Notes under the pieces: model-generated
Databases searched by the model: none
Told to the model about the DNA's origin: nothing
What the model saw: only the letters and a program-made list of their open reading frames with translations
Program-made: the position numbers and the translations under genes
NCBI GenBank assembly: GCA_963665295.1
Contig: OY762209.1
Coordinates: 4,992,001-5,056,000, forward strand
DNA length: 64,000 nucleotides
Source of the DNA: Syntrophorhabdaceae bacterium
GTDB lineage: Bacteria; Desulfobacterota; Syntrophorhabdia; Syntrophorhabdales; Syntrophorhabdaceae
Direction of reading: 5' to 3'
In this document: positions 1-10,453 of the stretch, in pieces
Layout of the letters: each line of letters starts with the position of its first letter
How positions within the stretch are numbered: the first letter of the stretch is position 1

Positions 1-22
1 TGGAAACGTAAATCTTTAGCTT

Positions 23-883
23 TTATTCCGGCTCAGGGGCCGGGCTCCGTCCGAAGGGCTTCTGCAGGCCGCGGTGGTGCGGCTTCGGGGCACGCTTAGT
101 CTTTGAAAGCATCGACTCGAGGCGGACCATCTTCACATGGGTCGCACCCGTTTCATCAGGCGGGAAAACCGCGGTATAGGCATCCACCGCCTCCTGGATG
201 AACCCTTCCCTTAACTCCACCGGGAGCCGCTCCGTAAAGGGGAACCACGTGGTCCTCATCCATGCAACAAGCCCAGCCTTGTCCCGGTGGACCATGTCCT
301 TGTGCACCAGTTCGATACGGGCCGCTCTGAGCCCCGTCTCTTCCAACCATTGCGCGTATTCCTCCGGACCGTAAAAAAAATAGGGAAACGGGAAGTCCCG
401 GAAATACCCCGCCCATTCGGGACGATGCAGAACAGTGTCTACGGCCTGGACTATGTCATGGGCGTTTCCCCTTCCGCCGGTGGTTATTATCGATCTCCCG
501 CCCGGCAGCAGGACGCGGGAAACTCCGGCAAGGACTGCCCTCTGGTCTTCGATCCAGTGAAGGGCGGCACTCGAAAATACAAGGTGAAACCGGCAGGGAA
601 GGTCGATACGGCACGCGTCCATTTCCACGAACGAGAGCCGGGGGTGCGACGTGGGCGGGAAGGCGTCTTTCGCGTAACGGATCATCTCAGGAGAACTGTC
701 TATCCCCGTCACGGACCCCGCCGGCACGCTGCCCAGGAATTCGGCGGTCACCTTCCCGTCTCCGCACCCGATATCGAGGACATTTTCGTCCCCGGAAAAA
801 TGCAAACCAACGATCATTTCCCGCGCCCACGCAAGCTGTACCGACGATGACTGTGCATAATCCTCCGCGTTCCACGTTGCCAT
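23..883 (-). CDS. Class I SAM-dependent methyltransferase (Tam-like)
   Basis: VLDIGCGDG motif I, GIDSSPEMI, FSSAALHWI; RBS GGAGG upstream. Confidence 0.85.
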   Translation of the reverse strand: MATWNAEDYAQSSSVQLAWAREMIVGLHFSGDENVLDIGCGDGKVTAEFLGSVPAGSVTGIDSSPEMIRYAKDAFPPTSHPRLSFVEMDACRIDLPCRFHLVFSSAALHWIEDQRAVLAGVSRVLLPGGRSIITTGGRGNAHDIVQAVDTVLHRPEWAGYFRDFPFPYFFYGPEEYAQWLEETGLRAARIELVHKDMVHRDKAGLVAWMRTTWFPFTERLPVELREGFIQEAVDAYTAVFPPDETGATHVKMVRLESMLSKTKRAPKPHHRGLQKPFGRSPAPEPE

Positions 884-1068
884 TCAAGAACCTCCTTTTT
901 CCGTTACTTTCCTCCCATCGCGTCACCCGCTTCGGCCCGGCCCGTTTCTTGCGGCTCAAAGGCCGTTGAGTTCCCCCACGGAATCCTATATAGTATACCC
1001 CAATCACCCGGTATTGGGGAAACCCGGACAAGTGATTTTATTCCATCAGATGATCGGACGGTGTGGGC

Positions 1069-1806
1069 ATGGCTGACGACGTGACTGCAAAAGGCTGCGA
1101 CAACGACGAAAAGACGGAAGAGGTGAAGGAATTCTTCGACCACTGGCAGGTCTATCAGAAGATCCTCGACAACAACTACGCCCACCATCGTGAAATCAGC
1201 GCCGCTTTCCTCGACTTCCTGGTCTTGAGGTACAACAAACCCTTCACGCTCCTCGATTTCGGGTGCGGAGACGCGGGATTTATGACGTCGGTCCTCGGAC
1301 ATACCCTCATCAGCCATTACCAGGGGGTGGATCTTTCCGGTGTCGCCCTCACACTCGCGGAGCGGCATCTTGAATGCCTCGATTGCGAAAAGACGTTTAT
1401 CATGAGCGACTTCTTCACCGTGGTGGAGCACGAGGATACGATTGCCGACCTTATCTGGACGGGCCTCTCCTTTCATCATCTGTCCGAAGGTCAGAAAGAC
1501 CATTTTATCGGTCAGTGCCGGCGGGTCCTCGATCCGGGAGGGTGTTTCATGATCTTCGACCCTGTTATGAAGGATGATGAGAACCGGGAAGGCTTCCTCC
1601 GCCGATGGTGGGATGTGTGCAGAACCCGCTGGAACGCGCTTTCACCCGGCGAAAAAGAGGCAACCCGCGTGCATGTTTTCGACAACGACTACCCGGAGTC
1701 TATGGATGTCTTCAAAAGAATGGGCGAACGTCACGGCTTCAGCCATGTCCATTCCCTCTATTGCGATGAGGATGATATTTACAGGCTCATATGCCTGGAA
1801 AGGTAA
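1069..1806 (+). CDS. Class I SAM-dependent methyltransferase
   Basis: LLDFGCGDA, GVDLS, LSFHHL, LDPGG motifs. Confidence 0.8.
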   Translation: MADDVTAKGCDNDEKTEEVKEFFDHWQVYQKILDNNYAHHREISAAFLDFLVLRYNKPFTLLDFGCGDAGFMTSVLGHTLISHYQGVDLSGVALTLAERHLECLDCEKTFIMSDFFTVVEHEDTIADLIWTGLSFHHLSEGQKDHFIGQCRRVLDPGGCFMIFDPVMKDDENREGFLRRWWDVCRTRWNALSPGEKEATRVHVFDNDYPESMDVFKRMGERHGFSHVHSLYCDEDDIYRLICLER

Positions 1807-1810
1807 GGAG

Positions 1811-1968
1811 CATTTAAAGGGGCTTGCGTCGCCCCCTCCACGAGCAGAAGCTCATGGAGCCTCCCCTTCTCGCTTGCCGTGCAAGCTGACATTTAAAGGG
1901 GCTTGCGTCGCCCCCTCCACGAGCAGAAGCTCATGGAGCCTCCCCTTCTCGCTTGCCGTGCAAGCTGA
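1811..1968. repeat. Perfect 79-bp tandem duplication with internal hairpins
   Basis: 1811-1889 is identical to 1890-1968; each unit has GGGGC..GCCCC and GCTTGC-CGT-GCAAGC stems; lies between convergent genes. Confidence 0.9.
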
Positions 1969-1996
1969 CGTGTTCTTTGACTGTGGGGTCTAACGA

Positions 1997-3319
1997 CTAC
2001 TTCTTGGCCATGGTGTCGAGAATTCTCATTACTTCCCGGGCTTCCTTGGTGTTTATGCCGTACCTATTCACTGCTTTCTCGAAGTTGGTCCGGGCGAGGT
2101 CTCCGTTTCCCATTACCACGTAGTATCTGCCGAGGTACTCGTACCCTACGCCTTCGTTTCCCATCATGCCGGCGAGCATGCCCACCTTGTTGTATATTTC
2201 GGGATAGCAGTTCGCATAGCTGAGCAGTGCCCTGTAATGGATAAACGCCCTCTCGCGGTCGCCTGCGCCCTCATAAGCCTTGGCAAGGAAGTAGCGGCTG
2301 ATGGGGTTGTAGTCGTCCTTGAGCACCTCGATAGCTTCCTTGAACCTCCGGGCCCTTACCAGAATTTCACCAAGGAAGAGGCTCTTGTAGGGTGAGTTGA
2401 TCTCGCTTATGATGCGCACCGCTTCCGTCTCCTCCCCCCTGAGACAATATATGAGGGCAGCGGCGTAGGCGTTCACGGGGTCTTTCTTGTCCCGGGCATA
2501 TCTCTTCAGCCACACTTCCTCGGTGCTGAGTCCCGGGGTTCCGTGAAGCACCTGGGCTCTCACCACGAGATAGGGGAAAAAGGAGGTATCAAGGCGGACC
2601 TTGCTGTCCCGCCACATGGATTCGATCTTGACAATCCTTTCGGCGTGGTTAGGGTGAGTGAGAAGATACCTGGGCACCATCCTGTTGTCGGAAGTCGCTC
2701 TAAGCTTCTTCAGGAACTCAGCCGTACCCCGGCCGCCATACCCGGCCTTATCGGCATTCTCCGCCCCCACACTATCCGCCTCTTCCTCGTTTTCCCTCGT
2801 ATAAGTGATCGACATCTGCTGGGCTCCCGCCAGACCGCTCGCGAGGATCGCCCCTTTACCCGCGGGGCTGGGGATCAGGGCAGCGGCAAGCATGGTGGCG
2901 AGGGTCCCCCAGTTCGCAAATTTCTGCTTTTCTATTGCCTTGGCCACGTGCCTCTTCGAGATGTGGGCAAACTCGTGGGCCAGCACCCCCGCAAGCTCCT
3001 CTTCCGTATCAGCCAGACCGATAAGGCCTGTGGTAATGAAAACGTAGCCGCCTATGGCTGCAAAGGCGTCTACCGAAGTCGAGTCAATGACGGTGAATAT
3101 AATGGGAAAGTCCAGGCTTGTGGACGCTTCGAGCCGTGCCGTCATGGCACGGAGGTAGAAGGACATGTACACGTCGTTATTGACGGGAACGGAGCGGGCT
3201 ATCTCGAAGTACATCTCTTTCCCGTACTTCTTCTCTTCCTCTATTGTTATTCCGAAAGTTCTTAAGGGGAGGCTTAGAATAAGAATCGCTATGAGGACTG
3301 CGAGTCTGGGTTTCATCAC
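1997..3319 (-). CDS. M48 family metalloprotease with TPR-like C-terminus (BepA/YfgC-like)
   Basis: Signal peptide, LAGVLAHEFAH (HEXXH), ENEEEAD, LLTHP, helical repeat C-terminus. Confidence 0.85.
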   Translation of the reverse strand: MMKPRLAVLIAILILSLPLRTFGITIEEEKKYGKEMYFEIARSVPVNNDVYMSFYLRAMTARLEASTSLDFPIIFTVIDSTSVDAFAAIGGYVFITTGLIGLADTEEELAGVLAHEFAHISKRHVAKAIEKQKFANWGTLATMLAAALIPSPAGKGAILASGLAGAQQMSITYTRENEEEADSVGAENADKAGYGGRGTAEFLKKLRATSDNRMVPRYLLTHPNHAERIVKIESMWRDSKVRLDTSFFPYLVVRAQVLHGTPGLSTEEVWLKRYARDKKDPVNAYAAALIYCLRGEETEAVRIISEINSPYKSLFLGEILVRARRFKEAIEVLKDDYNPISRYFLAKAYEGAGDRERAFIHYRALLSYANCYPEIYNKVGMLAGMMGNEGVGYEYLGRYYVVMGNGDLARTNFEKAVNRYGINTKEAREVMRILDTMAKK

Positions 3320-4305
3320 ACCTTGGCAGGTTTCTTGCCCTTCCTGGCTACGTGTTTTTTCTTCAGGTGTTTCTTCTTCACAAAATGCTTTTTCTTGTCG
3401 GCTTTCTTTCCGACGGAGGAGGTAGAGGTATCGTTTTTCTCCCGGACTGAGGCCGGCGCGCCGGTTTTCGCCCGGTATGACGTAAGAGTGATGGCGTGCG
3501 CTTTCGCAAGCCTTATCTCTTTGTCCGAAGGAAGTTGTTCATAGAGGTTTCTGAGGATATGTACCGAGTCCCCCCAGAGGTCCCTGCTGCCGAGGAGAGA
3601 GAGGATGTATTCCTTGCCGTCCTTTTCGAATGCGCCTACGTAACAATGTTTTGAAACCTGGGTAAATCCCGTCTTCCCCCCTACGGCGGGCTCAAAGCAG
3701 AAAAGGAACCTGTTGTGGTTCTTGTACCGCGTTGACCGTTGCCGGTCCTGAAACAGGAAGTACTTCGTCGATACGATCTCCCTGAACCTCTCATTGGCAA
3801 GGGCGTACCTGAACATGAGGGCAAGGTCATAGCATGTCGTGTACTGGCCCTCCACGTACAGGCCGGAGGCATTCTTGAAGTGGGTATTCTTCGCCCCTAT
3901 AGCCAGGGCTTTTTCATTCATAAGACGCGAGAAATTCTCCTCGCTCCCGCCGATGTAGGCGCCGATGGTATAGGCGGCATCGTTGGCCGATTCGATCATC
4001 GCCCCTTTCATGAGGTCCGCCGACGTATACTTGTTGCCCGGCACGAGGTGCAGCTTCGACCGGGGAAAAGCCAGGACATTACTGTCCGGCACTATTATCT
4101 CGTCTCCATTCAACCGTTCGATGGCGACGATGGTGGTCATCACTTTGGTGGTGCTTGCGGGTGGAAGCTTCCTGTCCCAGTCTCTGCCCGCTATGACATG
4201 GAAGGAGTCCTTTTCCACGAGGATGTATGACTTGGCGGTAATAGAATCGGCCGCAAAAAGACAAAAGGGGAAGATGATGAAAAGAAGCGAAATAATGTAT
4301 GTCAT
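3316..4305 (-). CDS. D-alanyl-D-alanine carboxypeptidase (peptidase S11)
   Basis: PASTTK (SxxK), SAN (SxN), GKTG motifs; signal peptide; Lys-rich tail. Confidence 0.9.
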   Translation of the reverse strand: MTYIISLLFIIFPFCLFAADSITAKSYILVEKDSFHVIAGRDWDRKLPPASTTKVMTTIVAIERLNGDEIIVPDSNVLAFPRSKLHLVPGNKYTSADLMKGAMIESANDAAYTIGAYIGGSEENFSRLMNEKALAIGAKNTHFKNASGLYVEGQYTTCYDLALMFRYALANERFREIVSTKYFLFQDRQRSTRYKNHNRFLFCFEPAVGGKTGFTQVSKHCYVGAFEKDGKEYILSLLGSRDLWGDSVHILRNLYEQLPSDKEIRLAKAHAITLTSYRAKTGAPASVREKNDTSTSSVGKKADKKKHFVKKKHLKKKHVARKGKKPAKV

Positions 4306-4523
4306 GGCCCTCTTTTCTATTCTATAATTGTCTCTGTCGCGCAACATGTTTTTATGATATCACAATAGGCGGTAAATGGGAAGGATAGACGCGTATTTAT
4401 TGCATCCAGGCCCTTGCACGGCGCTGGTGGGCAGGAAACGGCCGTGGGCGCTCCGGCACAACGAAAAGGCAGGGCGGCCGCGAGTCATACATATATAACA
4501 GGCCGAAGGGCCGAGGAGAAGAG

Positions 4524-4865
4524 ATGTCACAGATCAAAGTGAGAGCGAAAAAGGATAAGGAACACAGGATAATCCCCGCTTCGGGCGTATGGGGCGGAGT
4601 CACTCCCCACGGCATGGTATACTTCGACGTGGTCCTGGAAAAGCCCGAGGCCCCTACTCTGACGGTAATCAATGTGGATGAAACCACCGGGGCGCGGGTC
4701 GAGGAGATCCGGGAGCCGGAAGAACCTATGGTGGAGCGCATCCTTATGGCGGGCATCCTCGTGAGACCGGAAATTGCGAGAGCAATAGGACACTGGCTCA
4801 TCGAAAAGGCCGACGAAGCGGAAGGGATCGCGAGGGCACAGATGCCTTCGGGCATGATGCAATAA
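4524..4865 (+). CDS. Hypothetical protein
   Basis: GAGGAG RBS; protein-like composition (GVWGGVTPHG); fills the gap between genes. Confidence 0.65.
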   Translation: MSQIKVRAKKDKEHRIIPASGVWGGVTPHGMVYFDVVLEKPEAPTLTVINVDETTGARVEEIREPEEPMVERILMAGILVRPEIARAIGHWLIEKADEAEGIARAQMPSGMMQ

Positions 4866-4961
4866 AAGGCGCCCCCTGCGGGGGTGCGGTGGTTGGGGAT
4901 GGCGGCCGGTTAAGGGGCAAAGCAGCATGAAGGGCGGACCCTGTAGCGTCCGCCGGGCTTG

Positions 4962-5684
4962 TCAGAAGAGCCAGATATGGTCCAGGTCGTCGCCGCTTCT
5001 CCCTTCGGTGTTCCTCTCTCGCACGACCTTTGCGGGCATACCTGCCACGACCATATTGGGAGGCACATCCTCGGTCACTATCGATCGGGCGGCGACTATG
5101 GCCTGTTCCCCTATGGTGACGCCCGGCAGGATCATCGCACCCGTGTACACCATGGCGTAATCCTTGATCACCACCTCCCGGTACTCCCTCCTGATATGGG
5201 AAGACTCCGAGTGCCTGTGCGTGAAGATCCTCACGTCTTCCGTGAGCGCCACGTAGTTCCCGATGGTGATGCCGCCTTTTGAGTCCAGGTACACGCCCCG
5301 GTTGAAGAACACGAAATCTCCCACGTCAAGGTGATGCCCGAAGTTGAAGGTGACATTCTGCTCGGAAATGAAGCCGACACCGCATTTCCTGAAGAGATGG
5401 CCCGCGATCAGCCTGCGAAAGGGTATGGAGAACCGGACGCATAGCCCGATGGGCAGCCTGTCCAGGGTATCCCACAGAAAATGGAGATAACGCTGCGCGG
5501 GGGTAAGGGGCTTTTCGCACGCCACGGGCAATGTCTCGCTGTATAGCTTGAATTCTTCCAACATCCGGTCCGAAAAGGCAGGGCCTTCCATGAGTGCGAG
5601 AATGCGCTTCATACCCTCTACATCGAGACCTTCGCTGATAATGCGTTCCGCTTCGTCGACTTTCTCATCGAATATGTTCGCCAT
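4962..5684 (-). CDS. Hexapeptide-repeat (LbH) acyltransferase
   Basis: ILPGVTIGEQAIVAARSIVTEDVPPNMVVAGMPAK; start uncertain. Confidence 0.85.
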   Translation of the reverse strand: MANIFDEKVDEAERIISEGLDVEGMKRILALMEGPAFSDRMLEEFKLYSETLPVACEKPLTPAQRYLHFLWDTLDRLPIGLCVRFSIPFRRLIAGHLFRKCGVGFISEQNVTFNFGHHLDVGDFVFFNRGVYLDSKGGITIGNYVALTEDVRIFTHRHSESSHIRREYREVVIKDYAMVYTGAMILPGVTIGEQAIVAARSIVTEDVPPNMVVAGMPAKVVRERNTEGRSGDDLDHIWLF

Positions 5685-6166
5685 TTTCCTTGCGTGACCA
5701 TCCTTTTCAGTGGGGACAGGGCCAGGGAATGCCCTTCCGTGTATGATTTCCATTGTAAGAAATGCGATTCCCAATTTCAAGGGATATTATGGCCGGGGCT
5801 GGTTCCGCGACATGTTATCTCCACCCTTCCTGCCACACGGTACCGGGGCACACCATATTTCCCGACAAAATTGTCGATAATTCCATGTCGGACCGACATA
5901 AATGGTGGTCGGCAATATCCAGGCCGTAACCCCACGGGAATATTACCTTGACACCATTTCCGCACGCAAGGGGCCCTGCGGGTTGCCGATCTCCCAGGCG
6001 ACATTATTTGCCAACCCCGGTAGGTCCGATCCGGCCTATCGCTGCGCTCAATACACATATATTATTTAATATCAGCACCTTACACCACCTTAGCGGCCAA
6101 CGGCACGGTTATTGCCTCAAGATATGGAGGACGCAAAATACCTTCCCTTTTTCAGGAGGCAGGGAG

Positions 6167-6562
6167 ATGAAAGAAGAAAAAGACCTTTTGATGATCGTAA
6201 TTCTCGGATTTGCACTCCTCGCCTTTTCGTGCACTTCCACGGGATATAATACCCAGAAGGGGGCCGCCATCGGTGCGGGCGTGGGCGCCATAGCAGGACA
6301 GGTCATAGGAAGCAATACGGCCGGAACATTGATAGGAGCTGCGGGCGGCGCTCTTGCGGGAGCCATTGTGGGCAACGCCGTGGATCAGAATGAAAACCAG
6401 AAGAAACTCGAAGCAGCACAGAGGTCCGCGGACGCGGCTGCCGCCACTTCGGATCAGCCTCCGGGACAGTGGGTCGAAGTCCCCGGGGGATGGATCGGAG
6501 GAAAATGGGTACCCGCCCACAGGGCATGGGTCCCGGTAAATCCCGGTCAATACGTGCAATAG
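6167..6562 (+). CDS. Glycine-zipper lipoprotein with Trp/Gly-rich tail
   Basis: Lipobox LAFSC, GAAIGAGVGAIAG/GAAGGALAG zippers, GQWVEVPGGWIGGKWVP; RBS GGAGG. Confidence 0.8.
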   Translation: MKEEKDLLMIVILGFALLAFSCTSTGYNTQKGAAIGAGVGAIAGQVIGSNTAGTLIGAAGGALAGAIVGNAVDQNENQKKLEAAQRSADAAAATSDQPPGQWVEVPGGWIGGKWVPAHRAWVPVNPGQYVQ

Positions 6563-6604
6563 ACCCGATAAACAGCGCTCTTCCTCATTTACATACCTCC
6601 AAAG

Positions 6605-6642
6605 GATGGCCCCTCCCGGATACCCCGCCGGGAGGGGCCATC
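6605..6642. terminator. Hairpin between convergent genes
   Basis: Perfect 15-bp stem GATGGCCCCTCCCGG / CCGGGAGGGGCCATC. Confidence 0.75.
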
Positions 6643-6704
6643 AGCCTTTCCACCTGTTTCTATTTACCCTGTGCCTCTTATTCCGTCGGTCCCGTTTCAG
6701 GGGT

Positions 6705-8984
6705 CTAACGGCCTTCCTTCTCCTTCAGCGCTTTGAGTACCTTTTCCGCGGTAATGGGGAGGTCCGTGATCCTCACGCCCACTGCGTCGTAAATTGCATT
6801 CGCGATGGCGGGCGCCGTGGGCACGAGCCCCGGTTCCCCTATCCCTTTGGCCCCGAAGGGTCCGTCCTGTTCATCCGTTTCCACAATTACCGCCTGGACC
6901 GGAGGCACGTCCTTTGCCGTGGGCATCTTGTAGTCAAGAAAGTTGCCGTTCTTCAGCACGCCCTTGTCGTAAACCATTCTTTCCCCGAGAGCATAGCCGA
7001 TCCCCATGAGCCCTCCCCCGTAAATCTGACCCTCCAGAAGCATGGGGTTCAAAGCCTTGCCCACATCATGGGCGGCCACGTAGTTGAGGATCTTCACCTT
7101 TCCCGTCTCTTTGTCCACCTCGACCTCCACCCCGTGAGCGCCATAGGCGTATGATACCGACAGGTTTCCCCTGAAGTCCTTGTCGAAGTTCTCGTTTGGC
7201 GGATCATAGAAGTACTCCGCCACGAGCATCCGGCCTCCCGGCGTGTAATGCACTTTTCTCAGCACCTTGGACAGGGAAATGTTCTTCTCCTTATCGTTGG
7301 TGGAAAAGATGATGCCGTCCTTCATATCGAGCGCTTCCGGGGCTTCCTTGAGGTTCCCGGCGGCGATAGCCATGATTTCGGCCCTTATCTTCCGGGCAGC
7401 GCCGAGGGCCGAATTCCCCGCCACAAAGGTGGTCCTGCTTGCGTGGGCCCCCACGTCCCAGGGACATACGTCCGTGTCGTTGTTGATGATGTTGATATCG
7501 TCCACGGGAATGCCGAGGACTTCCGACACGATCTGAGCGATGATCGTTTCCGACCCCTGGCCTATTTCCGATGACCCGGTAATGACGTCCACCTTACCGT
7601 TATCATCTACCTTTATAATCGTGCCGCACCCGTCGGACTTATAGACCCTGGCCGCGCCTCCCACATGGATGAGGGCCGCCATACCCACACCTCTTCCATT
7701 ACGCTTTCCCCTCTTTTCCTTCCAGTCAAGCCTCTTCACTACTTCTTCGATGCACTCCTTCATCCCGCAGGAGGTAATCTTGAAGTTCTGGGGCGTAACC
7801 TCTCCCGGTTCATTCGCATTGATGCGACGGATCTCGACAGGGTCGATGCCGGCTTTCTCGGCAAGCTTGTCGAGGAGGGATTCGATGGCGAAGGTGGCCT
7901 GGGGGTTTCCGTAGCCCCTCATTGCCTGACTGTAAGTGTTGTTCGTATACACGCACTTCGCCGTGTACCTGATATTCGGCACCTTGTAAAGGGACGAGAT
8001 GGGCACCATCATGACGGAAGGCGTCGTCGCCCCCCAGGATGTGTATGCGCCGTTATCGAGGACCATCTCCATCTCGCGGAAGGTGAGTTTTCCGTCTTTG
8101 TCGCACCCCTGGGATATTTTCGTGATGGTGCACTGCCTGGGAGAGGTGGCGAGAAATTCCTCTTCCCTCGAAAAGACGATCTTCACCGGTTTCCTTGTGT
8201 TCATGGCGAGGAGGATGGCAATGTACTCATAGGCGTAGGTATCGAGTTTGCTGCCGAAGCCGCCGCCGATGACCGCCTGGATGACCCTTACCCGTTTTCT
8301 CTTCAAGCCGAAGGCCTTCAGGGCTTCCGCGAAATCATTCTGCGCGAGGGATGGTATCTGGGTGTTGCTGTATACGGTAAGGTTATTGTTCACATCGAAG
8401 GATGCGACGCAGCCGCTCGTGCCGAGACAACAGTGCGTCACCCACTGGGTGCTGTAGCTGTCCTCCGCCACAAAGGCCGACTCTTTCTTTGCGGCTTCCA
8501 CATCGCCGTGGACGAACTTCCAGGGCATCTTGAGGACATTCGATTTAAATTCCTCGTGTAACAGGGACGCCCCTTCCTTCATCGCGTCCAGGGGATCGAA
8601 AATCCCCGGCAGTTCCTCGTACTCGACCTCAATCAGATCCAGGGCCTCCTCCGCTATCTCGGCGCTTATGGCCGCTACAGCGGCAATCTCGTCCCTCGTG
8701 GACAGGACCTTGCCCGTCTTGAGGGGAGGGTTGTCTTTGAGAAAACCGAACTTGAAATTATTGGGCACATCCGCACCCGTAAGCACGGCCTTCACACCGG
8801 CAAGTGCCAGGGCTTTGCTTGTGTCGATGCTCACTATTTTGGCGTGGGCATATTTGCTGTAAAGTATCTTGCCATGGAGCATGCCCGGGACCTTCACGTC
8901 CTGGATATAAAGGGCACCGCCGGTCGCTTTGAGGGGTGCGTCCTTCTTCGGGATCTTCTTTCCTACTACCGTCAGAACGTCCAT
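6705..8984 (-). CDS. Xanthine dehydrogenase family molybdopterin-binding subunit (candidate N-heterocycle hydroxylase)
   Basis: GGGFGSK, AMRGYG, HASR, GAKGIGE motifs with the catalytic Glu intact. Confidence 0.9.
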   Translation of the reverse strand: MDVLTVVGKKIPKKDAPLKATGGALYIQDVKVPGMLHGKILYSKYAHAKIVSIDTSKALALAGVKAVLTGADVPNNFKFGFLKDNPPLKTGKVLSTRDEIAAVAAISAEIAEEALDLIEVEYEELPGIFDPLDAMKEGASLLHEEFKSNVLKMPWKFVHGDVEAAKKESAFVAEDSYSTQWVTHCCLGTSGCVASFDVNNNLTVYSNTQIPSLAQNDFAEALKAFGLKRKRVRVIQAVIGGGFGSKLDTYAYEYIAILLAMNTRKPVKIVFSREEEFLATSPRQCTITKISQGCDKDGKLTFREMEMVLDNGAYTSWGATTPSVMMVPISSLYKVPNIRYTAKCVYTNNTYSQAMRGYGNPQATFAIESLLDKLAEKAGIDPVEIRRINANEPGEVTPQNFKITSCGMKECIEEVVKRLDWKEKRGKRNGRGVGMAALIHVGGAARVYKSDGCGTIIKVDDNGKVDVITGSSEIGQGSETIIAQIVSEVLGIPVDDINIINNDTDVCPWDVGAHASRTTFVAGNSALGAARKIRAEIMAIAAGNLKEAPEALDMKDGIIFSTNDKEKNISLSKVLRKVHYTPGGRMLVAEYFYDPPNENFDKDFRGNLSVSYAYGAHGVEVEVDKETGKVKILNYVAAHDVGKALNPMLLEGQIYGGGLMGIGYALGERMVYDKGVLKNGNFLDYKMPTAKDVPPVQAVIVETDEQDGPFGAKGIGEPGLVPTAPAIANAIYDAVGVRITDLPITAEKVLKALKEKEGR

Positions 8985-8986
8985 GG

Positions 8987-9454
8987 TCACCTCCCACCTG
9001 CCGCGGATTTTATGGCTTCGATAATCTTCACATAGCCGGTGCACCTGCACAGATTGCCTTCTATGCTCTCCTTGATCTCGTCTTCCGTCGGTTTTTCCTT
9101 TTCATCGAGGAGCGCCCTGGCTGACATAATCATGCCGGGGATACAGAACCCGCACTGCACCGCCCCTTCCTTTACAAATGCGTCCTGGACCGGGTCCATC
9201 TCGCCTGTTTTCGACGCGAGCCCTTCTATGGTCACGATGTCCCTGCCCTCGGCCTCCATTACCGGGTAAAGACAGGAGTTCACCGCTTGGCCGTCTATGA
9301 TGACTGTGCACGCACCGCACTCTCCGTATCCGCAGCCCTCTTTTGTGCCGGTCATCTCAAGGATTTCTCTCAGCAAATAGAGGAGTGTCCACTTGGGGTC
9401 CGCCTCCACAATCACCTTTTCCTTATTTAACGTAAATGTAATCTCTTTTTTCAT
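8987..9454 (-). CDS. XDH family 2x[2Fe-2S] subunit
   Basis: GCGYGECGAC and QCGFC...NLCRCTGY. Confidence 0.95.
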   Translation of the reverse strand: MKKEITFTLNKEKVIVEADPKWTLLYLLREILEMTGTKEGCGYGECGACTVIIDGQAVNSCLYPVMEAEGRDIVTIEGLASKTGEMDPVQDAFVKEGAVQCGFCIPGMIMSARALLDEKEKPTEDEIKESIEGNLCRCTGYVKIIEAIKSAAGGR

Positions 9455-9464
9455 TGTCCACCCC

Positions 9465-10439
9465 TTACCATAACCTGTCCGGATGTATCATGTCGTCGGG
9501 CCTTACCACACGGTCGATGGCCTTGAAGATAGCCCTTTTCGTGAGCACTCCTACCATTTCCCGACGATACCACGCCTCGCCCCGCACGCTGTCTCTCGGC
9601 CGGGATTCCGATGCCGCAATGGCGGCCGCTTCATCGATGGTCTTTTCCGAAATGACCTTGCCCTTAAGCGCCGCTTCAGCCTCCTTTGCCCTCACCGGCC
9701 TCGGCGCGACAACGCCCATGGCGAGTCTCACATCCTCGCACACGACCTTCTCCTCTTCGAGGCGCTTGAGTACTTCCGACGTACCGGCGATGGTGCAGAA
9801 GGCATCCCTGCATCCGATCTCACTCCCCTCTATCCTTATGGTAAGCCGCGCCGCGATGCCGAGGATGGGGAGGTCCATGGCTTCTCTCCGCGTATGCTTG
9901 ATGTAGGCGGAACCCGTTGTTTCGGAGAAGGCGGGCATATGAAAGCCGACCACGATCTCGCCCTTTTCCATGGTCACCTTATTCGGTCCCTGAAAAAAGT
10001 CATCCACGGGCACGGTGCGTTGTCCTTTCGGACCTTCAATGACCACCTCGGCATCGAGGACCAGAAGGGGACACGCCGAATCCGCTGAAGGCGCGGCATT
10101 GCAGATGTTACCGCCCATGGTGGCCACGTTCCTTATCTGTTTTGACCCGATCCTGCCCGCCGCATCGGTGAGCGCCGTGTAGCGGCTCTTGATGAATTCA
10201 TCCGCGGCGATCCGGCTGAGCGTCACATTGCCCCCGACCTTCAGGCCGTCCGCGCTGTCGATATAGGAGAGAGCGCCGATATTCCTGAGGGAGATCAAAT
10301 TCGCCGGCGACAGTTTCTTCTGTCTTATGAGGACCAGCACATCAGTGCCTCCCGCAATGTATGCGGCGTTGGTGAGGCTATGCGCCAGATCGATCGCCTC
10401 CTTGATAGTCTGTGGTTTATGATAGTCAAACCCTCTCAC
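9465..10439 (-). CDS. XDH family FAD-binding subunit
   Basis: AGGTD, QIRNVATMGGNICNAAPSAD. Confidence 0.9.
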   Translation of the reverse strand: MRGFDYHKPQTIKEAIDLAHSLTNAAYIAGGTDVLVLIRQKKLSPANLISLRNIGALSYIDSADGLKVGGNVTLSRIAADEFIKSRYTALTDAAGRIGSKQIRNVATMGGNICNAAPSADSACPLLVLDAEVVIEGPKGQRTVPVDDFFQGPNKVTMEKGEIVVGFHMPAFSETTGSAYIKHTRREAMDLPILGIAARLTIRIEGSEIGCRDAFCTIAGTSEVLKRLEEEKVVCEDVRLAMGVVAPRPVRAKEAEAALKGKVISEKTIDEAAAIAASESRPRDSVRGEAWYRREMVGVLTKRAIFKAIDRVVRPDDMIHPDRLW

Positions 10440-10453
10440 GATGACCCCCTTTT

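Noticed and set aside
1811..1968. 79-bp unit as a tRNA or CRISPR repeat
   Set aside because: No T-loop/D-loop consensus and no spacer between the copies.
5780..6120. Short ORFs in the intergenic gap
   Set aside because: No motif or RBS support; treated as non-coding.
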